Source: Methanobacteriota archaeon (GTDB lineage Archaea > Thermoplasmatota > Thermoplasmata > UBA10834). Taken from it: DNA of 64,000 bases. The notes below the pieces were generated by a model that did no database searches, had not been told where the DNA came from, and saw only the letters and a list, made by a program, of their open reading frames with translations. Location: contig CP070748.1 of the NCBI GenBank assembly GCA_020348345.1, forward strand, positions 449,210-513,209. Reading direction: 5' to 3'. Shown here piece by piece: positions 1 to 9,030 of this stretch. Position 1 is the first letter of the stretch, and every line of letters begins with the position of its first letter. A program made the position numbers and the translations under genes.

Positions 1-2
1 GA

Positions 3-332
3 CATCCTGACTCTCCGGTTGAGTTGACCGACTCGCATTTTGAGGAGTTCATCAGAAGATACGACAATGTAGTCGTTGACTGCTGGGCGCCCTGGTGCGG
101 GCCGTGTCGGATGCTTTCTCCGACTATCGAAGCGATGGCTATGAGCTTCAAGGGAAGAGTCGTCTTCGGCAAACTGAACACTGACGAGAATTACGAGACG
201 ACGGGCAGATTCGGAATCTCAAGCATTCCCACCCTTCTCTACTTCAAGAAAGGCGAGCTAGCAGGAAGGACGGTCGGCGCATTGCCACGTAGTGAGATTG
301 AAAAGCAGCTAGAATACCTTGAATCACTCTGA
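3..332 (+). CDS. trxA: Thioredoxin (5' end probably outside the window)
   Basis: VVDCWAPWCGPC active site and SIPT cis-Pro motif; frame is open back to position 3. Confidence 0.93.
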   Translation, partial: HPDSPVELTDSHFEEFIRRYDNVVVDCWAPWCGPCRMLSPTIEAMAMSFKGRVVFGKLNTDENYETTGRFGISSIPTLLYFKKGELAGRTVGALPRSEIEKQLEYLESL

Positions 333-360
333 AGTGAGAGTTTCCCCCACTCTCACCCCC

Positions 361-373
361 TTTTTTCTTTTTT
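361..373 (+). terminator. Archaeal oligo-T terminator after trxA
   Basis: TTTTTTCTTTTTT about 30 nt after the stop codon. Confidence 0.55.
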
Positions 374-435
374 CGCTTCGTTGCGTGATTGCCAGCATGG
401 AATCTATAAATCGACGGAGATCACTTGACCGTCCG

Positions 436-858
436 ATGACCATGGATTTCGAGACAACCGTTGAATGGAGCGGAAGCTATCCAGCCAGTCTCTCCTGCCA
501 GAACGGCATGAGTGCTGAGTACAACATACCCGTGGAATTCGGAGGTGCAAAGGGTTTCCTCACGCCGGAAGACGCATTCGTAGGCGCTGCGAACACGTGC
601 TTTCAGATCATATTCGTTGGAGTCGCCAAAAGCCTCGGAATCAGCGTTGCGGCCTACCGCTGCAAGGCAGTGGGCATCCTTGACTCTGTTGAAGGGGTCC
701 GAAGATTCGTTTCAATAGACCTTCACCCAGAGATTCGGTTCCATCGCCCTGTCGAGTCCGAAAGATTGCAGAAGGCGTTGGAGACCGCTAAGAGAAAATG
801 CCTCGTGACTAATTCGATGAGTGTGGAGGTACGGGTGTTTCCGGTTACAGTTGGATGA
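436..858 (+). CDS. OsmC/Ohr family protein
   Basis: FGG..TPED..AANTC and KCLVTNS two-Cys motifs; start moved to ATG 436 (or 442). Confidence 0.85.
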   Translation: MTMDFETTVEWSGSYPASLSCQNGMSAEYNIPVEFGGAKGFLTPEDAFVGAANTCFQIIFVGVAKSLGISVAAYRCKAVGILDSVEGVRRFVSIDLHPEIRFHRPVESERLQKALETAKRKCLVTNSMSVEVRVFPVTVG

Positions 859-955
859 CCGCTCGGAGGGAGGCCAGAGCCTTCAGAACACTCGCCCGTT
901 CATATATCGGAATGCGGCTTTCGCTCACAACGACAATATCAGGAATCTCCCTGTC

Positions 956-1477
956 CTAGAAACTAGACTTCTTCGCAGCCAGTCTTATCGCTTCCGTGAC
1001 GCTGTCCTTCGGGAGAATTGTCGCGATGGGGATGTCGACCACCCGCTCGATGGTTGTGCTTACAATAGGAGCGCAGACGATAGCCTTGGCCCCGTCCCTC
1101 TCTGCGCGCACGGAGGCAACGATCGCATCCTCCAAAGTCGTCGCGGGATATTCGATTGTAAGGATCTCTTTGCCCTCGATTTCGATTGATCGTTCCACGA
1201 CCTCGGCCAATACGTGTCTCGCAGCTATGACAGCGATGAAATCGCCTGATCCAACGCCTTCCGCCTTCCCGATTGCTCTCAGTATCTTCCTGAGAATGTC
1301 GAGGCTGGGGGATCGTTCGCCTCCGATTATCTTGTACAAGGTGCTCGATGATATCCCAGCAGCGTTCGCGAATTCCTTTAGAGTCATGTCCAGATCGGAT
1401 AGTATCTGTCGGAGGGTCCTGCTGAAAGCTTGGTCAGACTCCGCAGCCGCTCTCATCAATTTGCCGCCTTTGTCCAT
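956..1477 (-). CDS. XRE/Cro-type HTH transcriptional regulator with a C-terminal alpha/beta domain
   Basis: MTLKEFANAAGISSSTLYKIIGGERSPSL HTH; divergent from the ABC operon. Confidence 0.8.
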   Translation of the reverse strand: MDKGGKLMRAAAESDQAFSRTLRQILSDLDMTLKEFANAAGISSSTLYKIIGGERSPSLDILRKILRAIGKAEGVGSGDFIAVIAARHVLAEVVERSIEIEGKEILTIEYPATTLEDAIVASVRAERDGAKAIVCAPIVSTTIERVVDIPIATILPKDSVTEAIRLAAKKSSF

Positions 1478-1525
1478 TCAAATGTCCTCAATAGGTTAAC
1501 AACGTCGTCATTACTTATACAATTG

Positions 1526-1552
1526 TGCCAATACAATCCCCTTGTTGTGGCA
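1526..1552. promoter_or_regulatory. Candidate operator (imperfect inverted repeat) between divergent TATA boxes
   Basis: TGCCAatACAA-N5-TTGTtgTGGCA; TATA-like elements at about 1511-1519 (minus) and 1557-1564 (plus). Confidence 0.5.
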
Positions 1553-1598
1553 AAGCTTATAATACTCGGATAGCTAGGGATGAGACAAGGATGATATC

Positions 1599-2723
1599 AT
1601 GCCGAAGAAGAACTTCGCAACCGCTCTCATTCTGGCAACAGTATTGCTGGTCGCTGGTGTGGCCACGTATGTTGTACTAGAGCAACGAGGCGGTGATGAC
1701 GAAAACGCCGTGTATTACGTCGTCGAGGCCCCGTCCAATATGAAGGGAGTGCTTGCGGCGAATCATATCGACGGCTACATCGCTTGGGAGCCGTTTGTTT
1801 CCGACGCCGTTGTAGATGGCGTAGGCAAAGTGATAGAATGGTCAGGGGAGATCGTCCCGGACCACCCCTGCTGCGTTGTGGCCGTATACAATTCGTTCGC
1901 ATCCGATAGCGAAGGTCAGGATATGTCCGCTCGTTTTCTGAAGGCGCACATGACCGCGACCGACTGGATCAATCAGGCAATGGATGACTCGGACAGCGCA
2001 GACTACGCTCTCCTTGTTGATATTGCGGTGGAGTTCACCGAGAGGAACGAGTCCGTCGTCGAAGAAGCGCTCGAGCACATGAAGTTCCATTATGCTATGG
2101 ATGCTAGCTTCACGACTGCCTTGGAGAACTTCACGGACATGTACATGGAACTCGGGCTGATCGCAGAGGGGAAGCTTGCCGATGGCGGCTATTCGAATGT
2201 GAGCGATTTCATCGACAAGTACATCGACGGCAGCTACATGGCTGCTGCCGCTTCAATCGAGCCGAGCGAAACGATACTGAACCCGGATTCACCGATAAGA
2301 CTGGGATTCCTGAAGGGCGACATACATCAGCTCGCCCAGGCGGTTGGCAAGAGCGATGCAGTGCTCGAGAACGGCAAGAGCATCTTCGAGGAATATGGTC
2401 TGAATGTGGAGAACGCCATTGGCGCACCCTTTTCGAATGGCGGAGCAGTGATGGATGCATTCGCTGGAGGTTATGTTGACATCGGCTATCTCGGAAGCCC
2501 TCCCGCAATACTCAAGCATCTAAATGCAGAGGTCAGAACATCGATAGTCGCTCAGGTCAATAGCGAAGGCAGCGCAATTGTCGTGCACGCAGATTCGGGA
2601 ATCACATCTCTCTCCCAGCTAGCTGGGAAGACAATCGCTCACCCGGGAACGAGCTCAATCCAATTCCTTCTGTTGAAAGCCGCTCTCCAATGGGAAGGTT
2701 TGGAGCTCAAACTCAAGACATGA
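1599..2723 (+). CDS. NitT/TauT/SsuA-type ABC substrate-binding protein, membrane anchored, circularly permuted
   Basis: N-terminal TM; the IDGYIAWEPF and HPCC motifs come before the IRLGF, VDIGYLG and GKTIA motifs. Confidence 0.85.
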   Translation: MPKKNFATALILATVLLVAGVATYVVLEQRGGDDENAVYYVVEAPSNMKGVLAANHIDGYIAWEPFVSDAVVDGVGKVIEWSGEIVPDHPCCVVAVYNSFASDSEGQDMSARFLKAHMTATDWINQAMDDSDSADYALLVDIAVEFTERNESVVEEALEHMKFHYAMDASFTTALENFTDMYMELGLIAEGKLADGGYSNVSDFIDKYIDGSYMAAAASIEPSETILNPDSPIRLGFLKGDIHQLAQAVGKSDAVLENGKSIFEEYGLNVENAIGAPFSNGGAVMDAFAGGYVDIGYLGSPPAILKHLNAEVRTSIVAQVNSEGSAIVVHADSGITSLSQLAGKTIAHPGTSSIQFLLLKAALQWEGLELKLKT

Positions 2724-2778
2724 AGCTCCTGGGCAAACCTCTATTGACCCTCGTCTCGATTCCGATGGAGGAATAGGC

Positions 2779-3603
2779 ATGCTGTCCCTCGTCAAATTGG
2801 TGAAAGGCGCCATTGCCCTCAACTGGAGGCAACTTCTCCTCGGCGCGCTATCTCTTGCCATTTTTGTCAGTGCTTGGCAGATGTATTCTTGGTATCTCAA
2901 CGCCAACGTATCTGGATATGCCGCCTACGTGCCATATCCAGGGGAAGTAGCTGAAGCGTTCGTAGATTCGTTCGTGACTCCGGCCGGAACTGACGGGCTT
3001 GTAATGTCGGATCACATCATCGCCAGCCTGAAGAGGATATTCATGGGGTTCGTGATCGCATTGTCGATAGCCGTTCCCGCGGGATTACTCATGGGCAGCT
3101 ACATTACTGCAGAGGGATTGGGGATGCCAATCGTGGAAATCTTCCGTCCCATACCTCCCCTGGCATGGATTCCACTGTTCCTTGTTGTTCTGGGCTATCT
3201 CAAAGGGCCTGCGGCGATAGTGTTCCTTGGGATATTCTTTCCGATTCTTTTTAATGTCATACTTGGAGTGAAGAGAGTCGATCCCATACTCATTGATGCA
3301 GCGAAGACCCTGGGTTCGAAGAAACGACACCTGTTTCTCAAGGTAGTTCTGCCCTATACGACGCCATACCTGATGACAGGCATCAAGGTGGGGCTTGGCA
3401 TTGGCTGGATGTGTATCGTGGCCGCGGAGATGGTTGGAAAGTATGGAGGTGGCGTTGGCTTCTACATCTGGGACAGAAGTGACATTGGACAGTGGGACTA
3501 TGTCTTCGCAGGCATCGCAATGATAGCCATTCTTGGAATACTGACAACTGGCGTAGCGAGCCAAGTCGAGAGGAGGTTGTACGCTTGGATGGGCATGAAG
3601 TAG
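2779..3603 (+). CDS. NitT/TauT ABC permease
   Basis: RPIPPLAWIP, EAA-like IDAAKTLG loop, WMCIVAAE. Confidence 0.92.
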   Translation: MLSLVKLVKGAIALNWRQLLLGALSLAIFVSAWQMYSWYLNANVSGYAAYVPYPGEVAEAFVDSFVTPAGTDGLVMSDHIIASLKRIFMGFVIALSIAVPAGLLMGSYITAEGLGMPIVEIFRPIPPLAWIPLFLVVLGYLKGPAAIVFLGIFFPILFNVILGVKRVDPILIDAAKTLGSKKRHLFLKVVLPYTTPYLMTGIKVGLGIGWMCIVAAEMVGKYGGGVGFYIWDRSDIGQWDYVFAGIAMIAILGILTTGVASQVERRLYAWMGMK

Positions 3604-4397
3604 ACATACGAATGGAAGCCCTCCTCAAGGTGTTCAAGGAGGAGACCAGGGAAATCGTCGCCTTGAAAGAATTCAGTCTCGATGTCGGCGATGGTGAGTT
3701 CGTCTGCCTGCTGGGTCCATCGGGTTGCGGAAAGACGACCGTGCTAAGAATAGTGGCAGGTCTGGAGACGAAGAGTGGCGGCAGAGTCACAGTCAGCGGG
3801 GTGGAGGTCGAAGGTGCTGGGTCCAACAGAGGCGTCGTCTTCCAGGAATTCGCTTTATTCCCTTGGCGCACAGTCAGAAAGAACATCGAATTCGGCCTTG
3901 AGGTGAAGAAGATCCCTCCTCATGAGCGGGAGGCGGTCTCATCGACATTCATCGACCTGGTAAACCTGGAAGGTTTCGAGAACGCCCATCCTCATCAGCT
4001 CTCTGGGGGGATGAAGCAACGCGTAGGGATCGCTCGGGCGCTGGCGAATGACCCCGCGGTTCTGCTGATGGACGAGCCGTTCGGCGCTCTGGACGCTCAA
4101 ACCAGAAACCTCATGCAGAAGGAGCTGCTTCGCATCTGGTCCGCGACCAGGAAGACGATCCTGTTCGTGACGCACTCAGTAGACGAGGCCGTGTTCCTCG
4201 CGGACAGGATAGTGGTGATGACGGCAAGACCCGGGAAGGTGAAGAGGATCATACCTGTGGCCCTTCCTCGCCCCAGAGAGAGGACGAGTTCCGAGTTCAT
4301 CTCCATCCGTGGCGAGGTCCTTGAGGAGCTTGACGCAGAGTTCGCGAAGACCATGATGCGAGAGATGACCGACGCTTCTGTGCAGCACAAGGCTTAA
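3585..4397 (+). CDS. NitT/TauT ABC ATP-binding protein
   Basis: GPSGCGKT, LSGGMKQR, LLMDEPF; start uncertain (TTG 3585 or ATG 3612). Confidence 0.92.
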   Translation: MDGHEVDIRMEALLKVFKEETREIVALKEFSLDVGDGEFVCLLGPSGCGKTTVLRIVAGLETKSGGRVTVSGVEVEGAGSNRGVVFQEFALFPWRTVRKNIEFGLEVKKIPPHEREAVSSTFIDLVNLEGFENAHPHQLSGGMKQRVGIARALANDPAVLLMDEPFGALDAQTRNLMQKELLRIWSATRKTILFVTHSVDEAVFLADRIVVMTARPGKVKRIIPVALPRPRERTSSEFISIRGEVLEELDAEFAKTMMREMTDASVQHKA

Positions 4398-4411
4398 TTC
4401 TTCTAGACTCG

Positions 4412-4903
4412 ATGCAGAAATTCATGAGCTTCGAGCTAAATGTTGTCAGCAACACTCCATTGACGCCATTGAGCGACATCGAGGAAGTCGCAATACTCTT
4501 CCTCAACCAGATAGGATACTTCCCAAAGGGCTACGATCCCAAGACTGAAGCGACTGATATTCGCGACAGTCCTCCGTACAGGCTGATGGTGGACCACTTC
4601 CTGAAGCGGCCGGAGAAAGTCTGGGTGGTTGAAGATCTGGCAGCTTCACTTGGGACGACCAAAGCGACGGTCTACAGACACATAAACAAGCTGAAGGGGT
4701 TTGACTTGTTGGAGGAAGCCAGTGTGGACCGGCCAGGCGGATCCACGAAGAAGGGATACCGCATTAGATATGGTGACCTCAGCAAGGCCTGGAACTTCAC
4801 TGAGGCGCACGTGCAAGTGGCGATGGAGAACTACAGGAAGACGGTCGATCACATACAGGAGCTTGTTGCGAAGAAGGGGGGTAGGCATGCCAAAAAGAGA
4901 TGA
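4412..4903 (+). CDS. Winged-helix domain protein
   Basis: VEDLAASLGTTKATVYRHINKL HTH followed by a wing (KGYRI). Confidence 0.7.
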   Translation: MQKFMSFELNVVSNTPLTPLSDIEEVAILFLNQIGYFPKGYDPKTEATDIRDSPPYRLMVDHFLKRPEKVWVVEDLAASLGTTKATVYRHINKLKGFDLLEEASVDRPGGSTKKGYRIRYGDLSKAWNFTEAHVQVAMENYRKTVDHIQELVAKKGGRHAKKR

Positions 4904-5171
4904 CGCAATCATCTTGACTGAAGGGTCAGAATACAGAATCAAGAGCCTGGAGGCCAGAGACAAACCGATGGAGACCACCGGCGTATTCAAGGGATATGCC
5001 GCTATCGCTCACGACACAGCAATCGTGATGGAGATCAAATCTCCGGTGGGCGAGCACAAGACGATGCTGAGATTGATTCCATCCCACATGATTACTTCGA
5101 TTGACGTCCTGAAGGCGAAGAAGGAGAAGAAGGACAAGAGTCAGGAAGGAGACACCGTCTACTTCGGTTGA
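4887..5171 (+). CDS. Hypothetical small beta-rich protein (possibly Sm/LSm-like)
   Basis: Overlaps the upstream gene and has a G-rich RBS; GVFKGY...RLIPSHMITSID pattern. Confidence 0.6.
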   Translation: MPKRDDAIILTEGSEYRIKSLEARDKPMETTGVFKGYAAIAHDTAIVMEIKSPVGEHKTMLRLIPSHMITSIDVLKAKKEKKDKSQEGDTVYFG

Positions 5172-5464
5172 GAATGGCGCATCAGATGAAAGTCAACCTG
5201 AACACAATGGAAGCGCGTGTGATTGCATTGTTGAGGAGGCGCTATCCGATAACGACCGACGAACTCAGGAAAGAACTGTCAGTCAGACGTGATACACTCG
5301 ATAGGGTGCTGAAGAGGCTTGCTGCAAAGGGCGTTCTCATTCTCGAGCCGTTGCCCGACAAGACGTATGTACGGCTTCTGCTTCCCGGTGTGGAACCAGC
5401 TGCGGAGCCTTCGATTGAAAGAAGTGACAAGGATGGTGATGACGATTCCATCGCATACCGTTAA
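5168..5464 (+). CDS. Small winged-helix protein
   Basis: TTGA overlap; PITTDELRKELSVRRDTLDRVLKRLAAKG. Confidence 0.65.
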   Translation: MRMAHQMKVNLNTMEARVIALLRRRYPITTDELRKELSVRRDTLDRVLKRLAAKGVLILEPLPDKTYVRLLLPGVEPAAEPSIERSDKDGDDDSIAYR

Positions 5465-5492
5465 TTCCAGGGCCATAGGAAGTGGACAAGGG

Positions 5493-7076
5493 GTGACGCC
5501 CTTTGAAGGCTCGATACCTCCAGCCTATGTCACTGACTTCATCGCAATGCTGCAATCTGGCGAGCTGTCAACTCGGGAGCAGGTCCTGAGGGCCAAGTCT
5601 GCTCTTTGCCGAAAGTATAACATGTCGCGTGTGCCAGCCAATTACGAGCTGCTGAAGCACGTGGCTGATGATTTGAGGGAATTTGCCGAACCACTGTTGC
5701 GAAACAAACCCGTGAGGACAATCAGCGGCGTCGCTCCAGTTGCGGTGATGACCAGCCCGTTCGACTGCCCCCACGGCCGCTGTGCTTATTGCCCCGGTGG
5801 CACCGCCAATGGCAGCCCCCAGTCTTACACGGGCAGGGAGCCAGCAGCACTGAGGGCGTCCGTGCACTCCTTTGACCCTTTTCGACAGACCAGAGCAAGG
5901 TTGGAGCAACTCGCCGCAATTGGACACCGTACCGCAAAGGTCGACTTGATAATCATGGGCGGGACCTTCACCGCTCGACCATATGAGTATCAGGAATGGT
6001 ATGTCAAGCGTTGCTTTGACGCGATGAATGGCTGCGAATCTCCTGATCTTGAGTCCTCCCAGATCCTCAACGAGATGACCTCATCGCGCTGTGTTGGAAT
6101 GACGATAGAAACGCGTCCGGATTGGTTCCTCGACGAGCATGTCACGAGGTCAACGCGCCTTGGGGCGACGAAGGTCGAGTTGGGCGTACAGATACTTGAT
6201 GATGACATACTGGAAGGCGTCAACCGCGGTCATGGCGTCGAAGATACGGCGGCTGCAACGGCGCGGGCAAGGCAAGCAGGGCTGAAGGTGTGCTACCACA
6301 TAATGCCAGGCCTACCGGGTAGCAGTGCTGTTGATGATCTACGCTCGTTTGATCTGATGTTAGAGGATGAGAGATTCAGACCTGATATGCTAAAGATCTA
6401 TCCCACACTGGTCATCAAAGGCACCGAGGTGTACGAACGGTGGAAGGCGGGTTCCTACTCACCGTTGGAACTCGATGATGCTTTATCGATAGTCGTCGAG
6501 ATGAAGAAACGAGTCCCCAATTGGGTGAGAATTCTGAGGGTTCAGCGAGACATTCCCGTCCAGCTGATAGCGGCCGGCGTCAAGAAGAGCCATCTGAGGG
6601 AACTCGCCACGGAGCAACTCAGGCTGAACGGTCTCAGGTGTGAGTGCATACGATGTAGGGAGGTAGGTCATATGGGGATTCGGGGTAGAAATCTAGAGCC
6701 AGAAGAGGCGAATCTGGAGGTTACATCGTATCGAGGCAGTGGAGGCATGGAGCATTTTCTTAGCTGCAAGGCGGCGGACAGCGGGGCCCTCGTGGGCTAT
6801 GCCAGGCTCAGAAGCGCTGACGATTCGAAATCCCACCCCGCAAGGGTTCGGGAGCTTCATGTGTACGGTGAATTGACACCATTCGATTCCGACACGCCGA
6901 ACGGATGGCAACATCGAGGCATAGGGGAACTACTGCTTTCCCGATGCGAGGAACTGTCCGCGGAGTTCGATCATGATACCATCAGTGTGACAAGCGGCGT
7001 CGGAGCCCGTGAGTACTATAGGCGCTTGGGGTACGAGCGAAATGGCATGTACATGGAGAAGATGCTTTGCAGATAG
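5493..7076 (+). CDS. elp3: Elp3 tRNA U34 carboxymethyltransferase (radical SAM + GNAT)
   Basis: CPHGRCAYCP, QSYTG.EPA, RELHVYG, WQHRGIG, GAREYY; start approximate. Confidence 0.93.
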   Translation: MTPFEGSIPPAYVTDFIAMLQSGELSTREQVLRAKSALCRKYNMSRVPANYELLKHVADDLREFAEPLLRNKPVRTISGVAPVAVMTSPFDCPHGRCAYCPGGTANGSPQSYTGREPAALRASVHSFDPFRQTRARLEQLAAIGHRTAKVDLIIMGGTFTARPYEYQEWYVKRCFDAMNGCESPDLESSQILNEMTSSRCVGMTIETRPDWFLDEHVTRSTRLGATKVELGVQILDDDILEGVNRGHGVEDTAAATARARQAGLKVCYHIMPGLPGSSAVDDLRSFDLMLEDERFRPDMLKIYPTLVIKGTEVYERWKAGSYSPLELDDALSIVVEMKKRVPNWVRILRVQRDIPVQLIAAGVKKSHLRELATEQLRLNGLRCECIRCREVGHMGIRGRNLEPEEANLEVTSYRGSGGMEHFLSCKAADSGALVGYARLRSADDSKSHPARVRELHVYGELTPFDSDTPNGWQHRGIGELLLSRCEELSAEFDHDTISVTSGVGAREYYRRLGYERNGMYMEKMLCR

Positions 7077-7140
7077 TGAACACCCGGCGGTATGATTATA
7101 TGAAAAAACCCATATCGGTTTCCATCGGAGGAGACGCTGG

Positions 7141-9030
7141 TTGCCCTGTTTGAAGTGCGATGGCCAAAGCGAAGACGGCGCGCTCATGTGTGACGAGTGC
7201 GCCGACGCCTGCTATGGGGAACCAAGATTCTTCCTAACGCCAGTCCTTATAGGCCCGAGCCTATATGCGAGGCTGCGGTCCGTAGGCTCAGTCGCATACG
7301 TTCTAGGCCCCACGTCAGAAGGGGATTTGTCCTTGATGACGTCATCGGACATCAGGCGCACGCTTCAGGATGCCGTGTTGAGCGGACTGTCCGAGGAGGA
7401 GGTGCTGCACAACATCGACCTGTGCGATAAGACTCTGGCTCATATGGGCGTCCCGCTCAAGTACGACCCGTCGGCGATGCTTCTGACCGAGGACGCTGCG
7501 GATACAGTCATGACCGTACTCCAAATAGCAGAGGCCTTATTGAGGCAAGGAGGAGGCACCCCCTCGAGCGATCTCTGCCTGCGGCTCGGCGTTGTGTACT
7601 GGACCGCCTCACATGGCATTCTGCTTCGGACAGCCAGCCGCCGATGGAGGGACGAGAAGAAGATACATCTTGTCAACCTTTCCAAGGAGTACTTCCGGAT
7701 GGTCAGCGAGGATGATGATCTGCACTCGCTCGCCGTCTGGAATCTGGCTATGCTCTGCCTGGAGCTGAGGGATTGGAGCGAGGCCAAGGAGTATCTCACC
7801 CAGTCTCGAGTGCACTTCCCCAGCGACAACAGAATCGCAGAGGGGCTCGTCAGAGCGGAGCTGGAACTTGGTAACACCGTCGAAGCGTTGACTCTCGTGG
7901 ATGAGATACTTGTTCAGTCTGCGACGGCGCAGCTTTGGCTTCTCAAAGGAGAGATACTACTGAAGGTCAACAGAATGGAGGAGTCCCTCGAATGCTTCAA
8001 CCAGTCTCTCTCTCTTGACTCAGGATTGATCGACGCACATAACCGCCTGATCGCGGTCTTGAGGGCTTTGGGCAGAAATGAAGAGGCCGTTATGGCGGAG
8101 CGTCAGAGGACAATATCCAGGACTCCCGGCATAGAGGAGAAAGTCCTGGACATAATCGGAGAACTGACCAAAGCGCCGTCCCAGCCCGCCGCGGTAAGGG
8201 TGCGTGCTCGTCAGATGGCGCGTATCAAGAAGGTTCCGGCGGAGCCTGCCCCTGCCCCTGTGATTGCCGAGATGCCGCTCGATTTGGCGGCTGCCGCGTT
8301 GGAGGCTGGAGATTACGACCTCGCCATCCAGCGCTCCCGACATGCGATTGAGGCTGATCCAGGCTCAAGAGAGGCGAGCCTCATCCTCATTGAGGCCATG
8401 GTCGCTGTCGGAGATATTGCCGGTGCTTCGAAGAGCGTCCATTCGTTTTATGAGAGAAACAGGGATGATCCGCACGCTTGGTATTGGCGCGGCGTGGTGG
8501 CGGAGAAGGAGGGTAAATGGGGGGCAGCAGTTCAGTACTTCAGCAAGGCTGTGACTATTGATCCCGAACTTGCAGAGGCATGGGCCGCAATGGGCGACAC
8601 GCTGCTGGTGAACGACAAACTGAATGGCGCTGATGAGAGCTACTCGAGGGCGTTGCAGATCGATGCAGGAAATGCCAAAGCATGGCTCGGAAAAGGCAGG
8701 ACCATGCGCGCCCTCGGCAGATGGGGAGCGGCGATCCAGTGCTTGGACAAGTACAACTCCTTGATGCCGGACGACAAGGACGCATGGCTGTTGAAGGCCG
8801 ACACGCTCATGGACAAGGAGAAGTACCGCAGAGCCATCGACGCGTACAATAAGTATCTCGAACTCTACCAGGATGACTCGTATGCATTGGGGCGCAAGGG
8901 CGCCGCGTTGAACGCTCTGGGGATGGTGGATGAGGCTGTGGCCTGTCTCGAGGAGAGCGTGCGCCTTGACCCCGGTAACAGACAGGCGGTGAAGCTGCTC
9001 AGGTCGTTAACTGAAGGAGGCGGAGACTGA
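7141..9030 (+). CDS. TPR protein with an N-terminal Cys-rich Zn ribbon
   Basis: CLKC...CDEC..C at the N-terminus; many AW..(K/R)G..A...(Y/F)..A..P TPR units. Confidence 0.85.
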   Translation: MPCLKCDGQSEDGALMCDECADACYGEPRFFLTPVLIGPSLYARLRSVGSVAYVLGPTSEGDLSLMTSSDIRRTLQDAVLSGLSEEEVLHNIDLCDKTLAHMGVPLKYDPSAMLLTEDAADTVMTVLQIAEALLRQGGGTPSSDLCLRLGVVYWTASHGILLRTASRRWRDEKKIHLVNLSKEYFRMVSEDDDLHSLAVWNLAMLCLELRDWSEAKEYLTQSRVHFPSDNRIAEGLVRAELELGNTVEALTLVDEILVQSATAQLWLLKGEILLKVNRMEESLECFNQSLSLDSGLIDAHNRLIAVLRALGRNEEAVMAERQRTISRTPGIEEKVLDIIGELTKAPSQPAAVRVRARQMARIKKVPAEPAPAPVIAEMPLDLAAAALEAGDYDLAIQRSRHAIEADPGSREASLILIEAMVAVGDIAGASKSVHSFYERNRDDPHAWYWRGVVAEKEGKWGAAVQYFSKAVTIDPELAEAWAAMGDTLLVNDKLNGADESYSRALQIDAGNAKAWLGKGRTMRALGRWGAAIQCLDKYNSLMPDDKDAWLLKADTLMDKEKYRRAIDAYNKYLELYQDDSYALGRKGAALNALGMVDEAVACLEESVRLDPGNRQAVKLLRSLTEGGGD

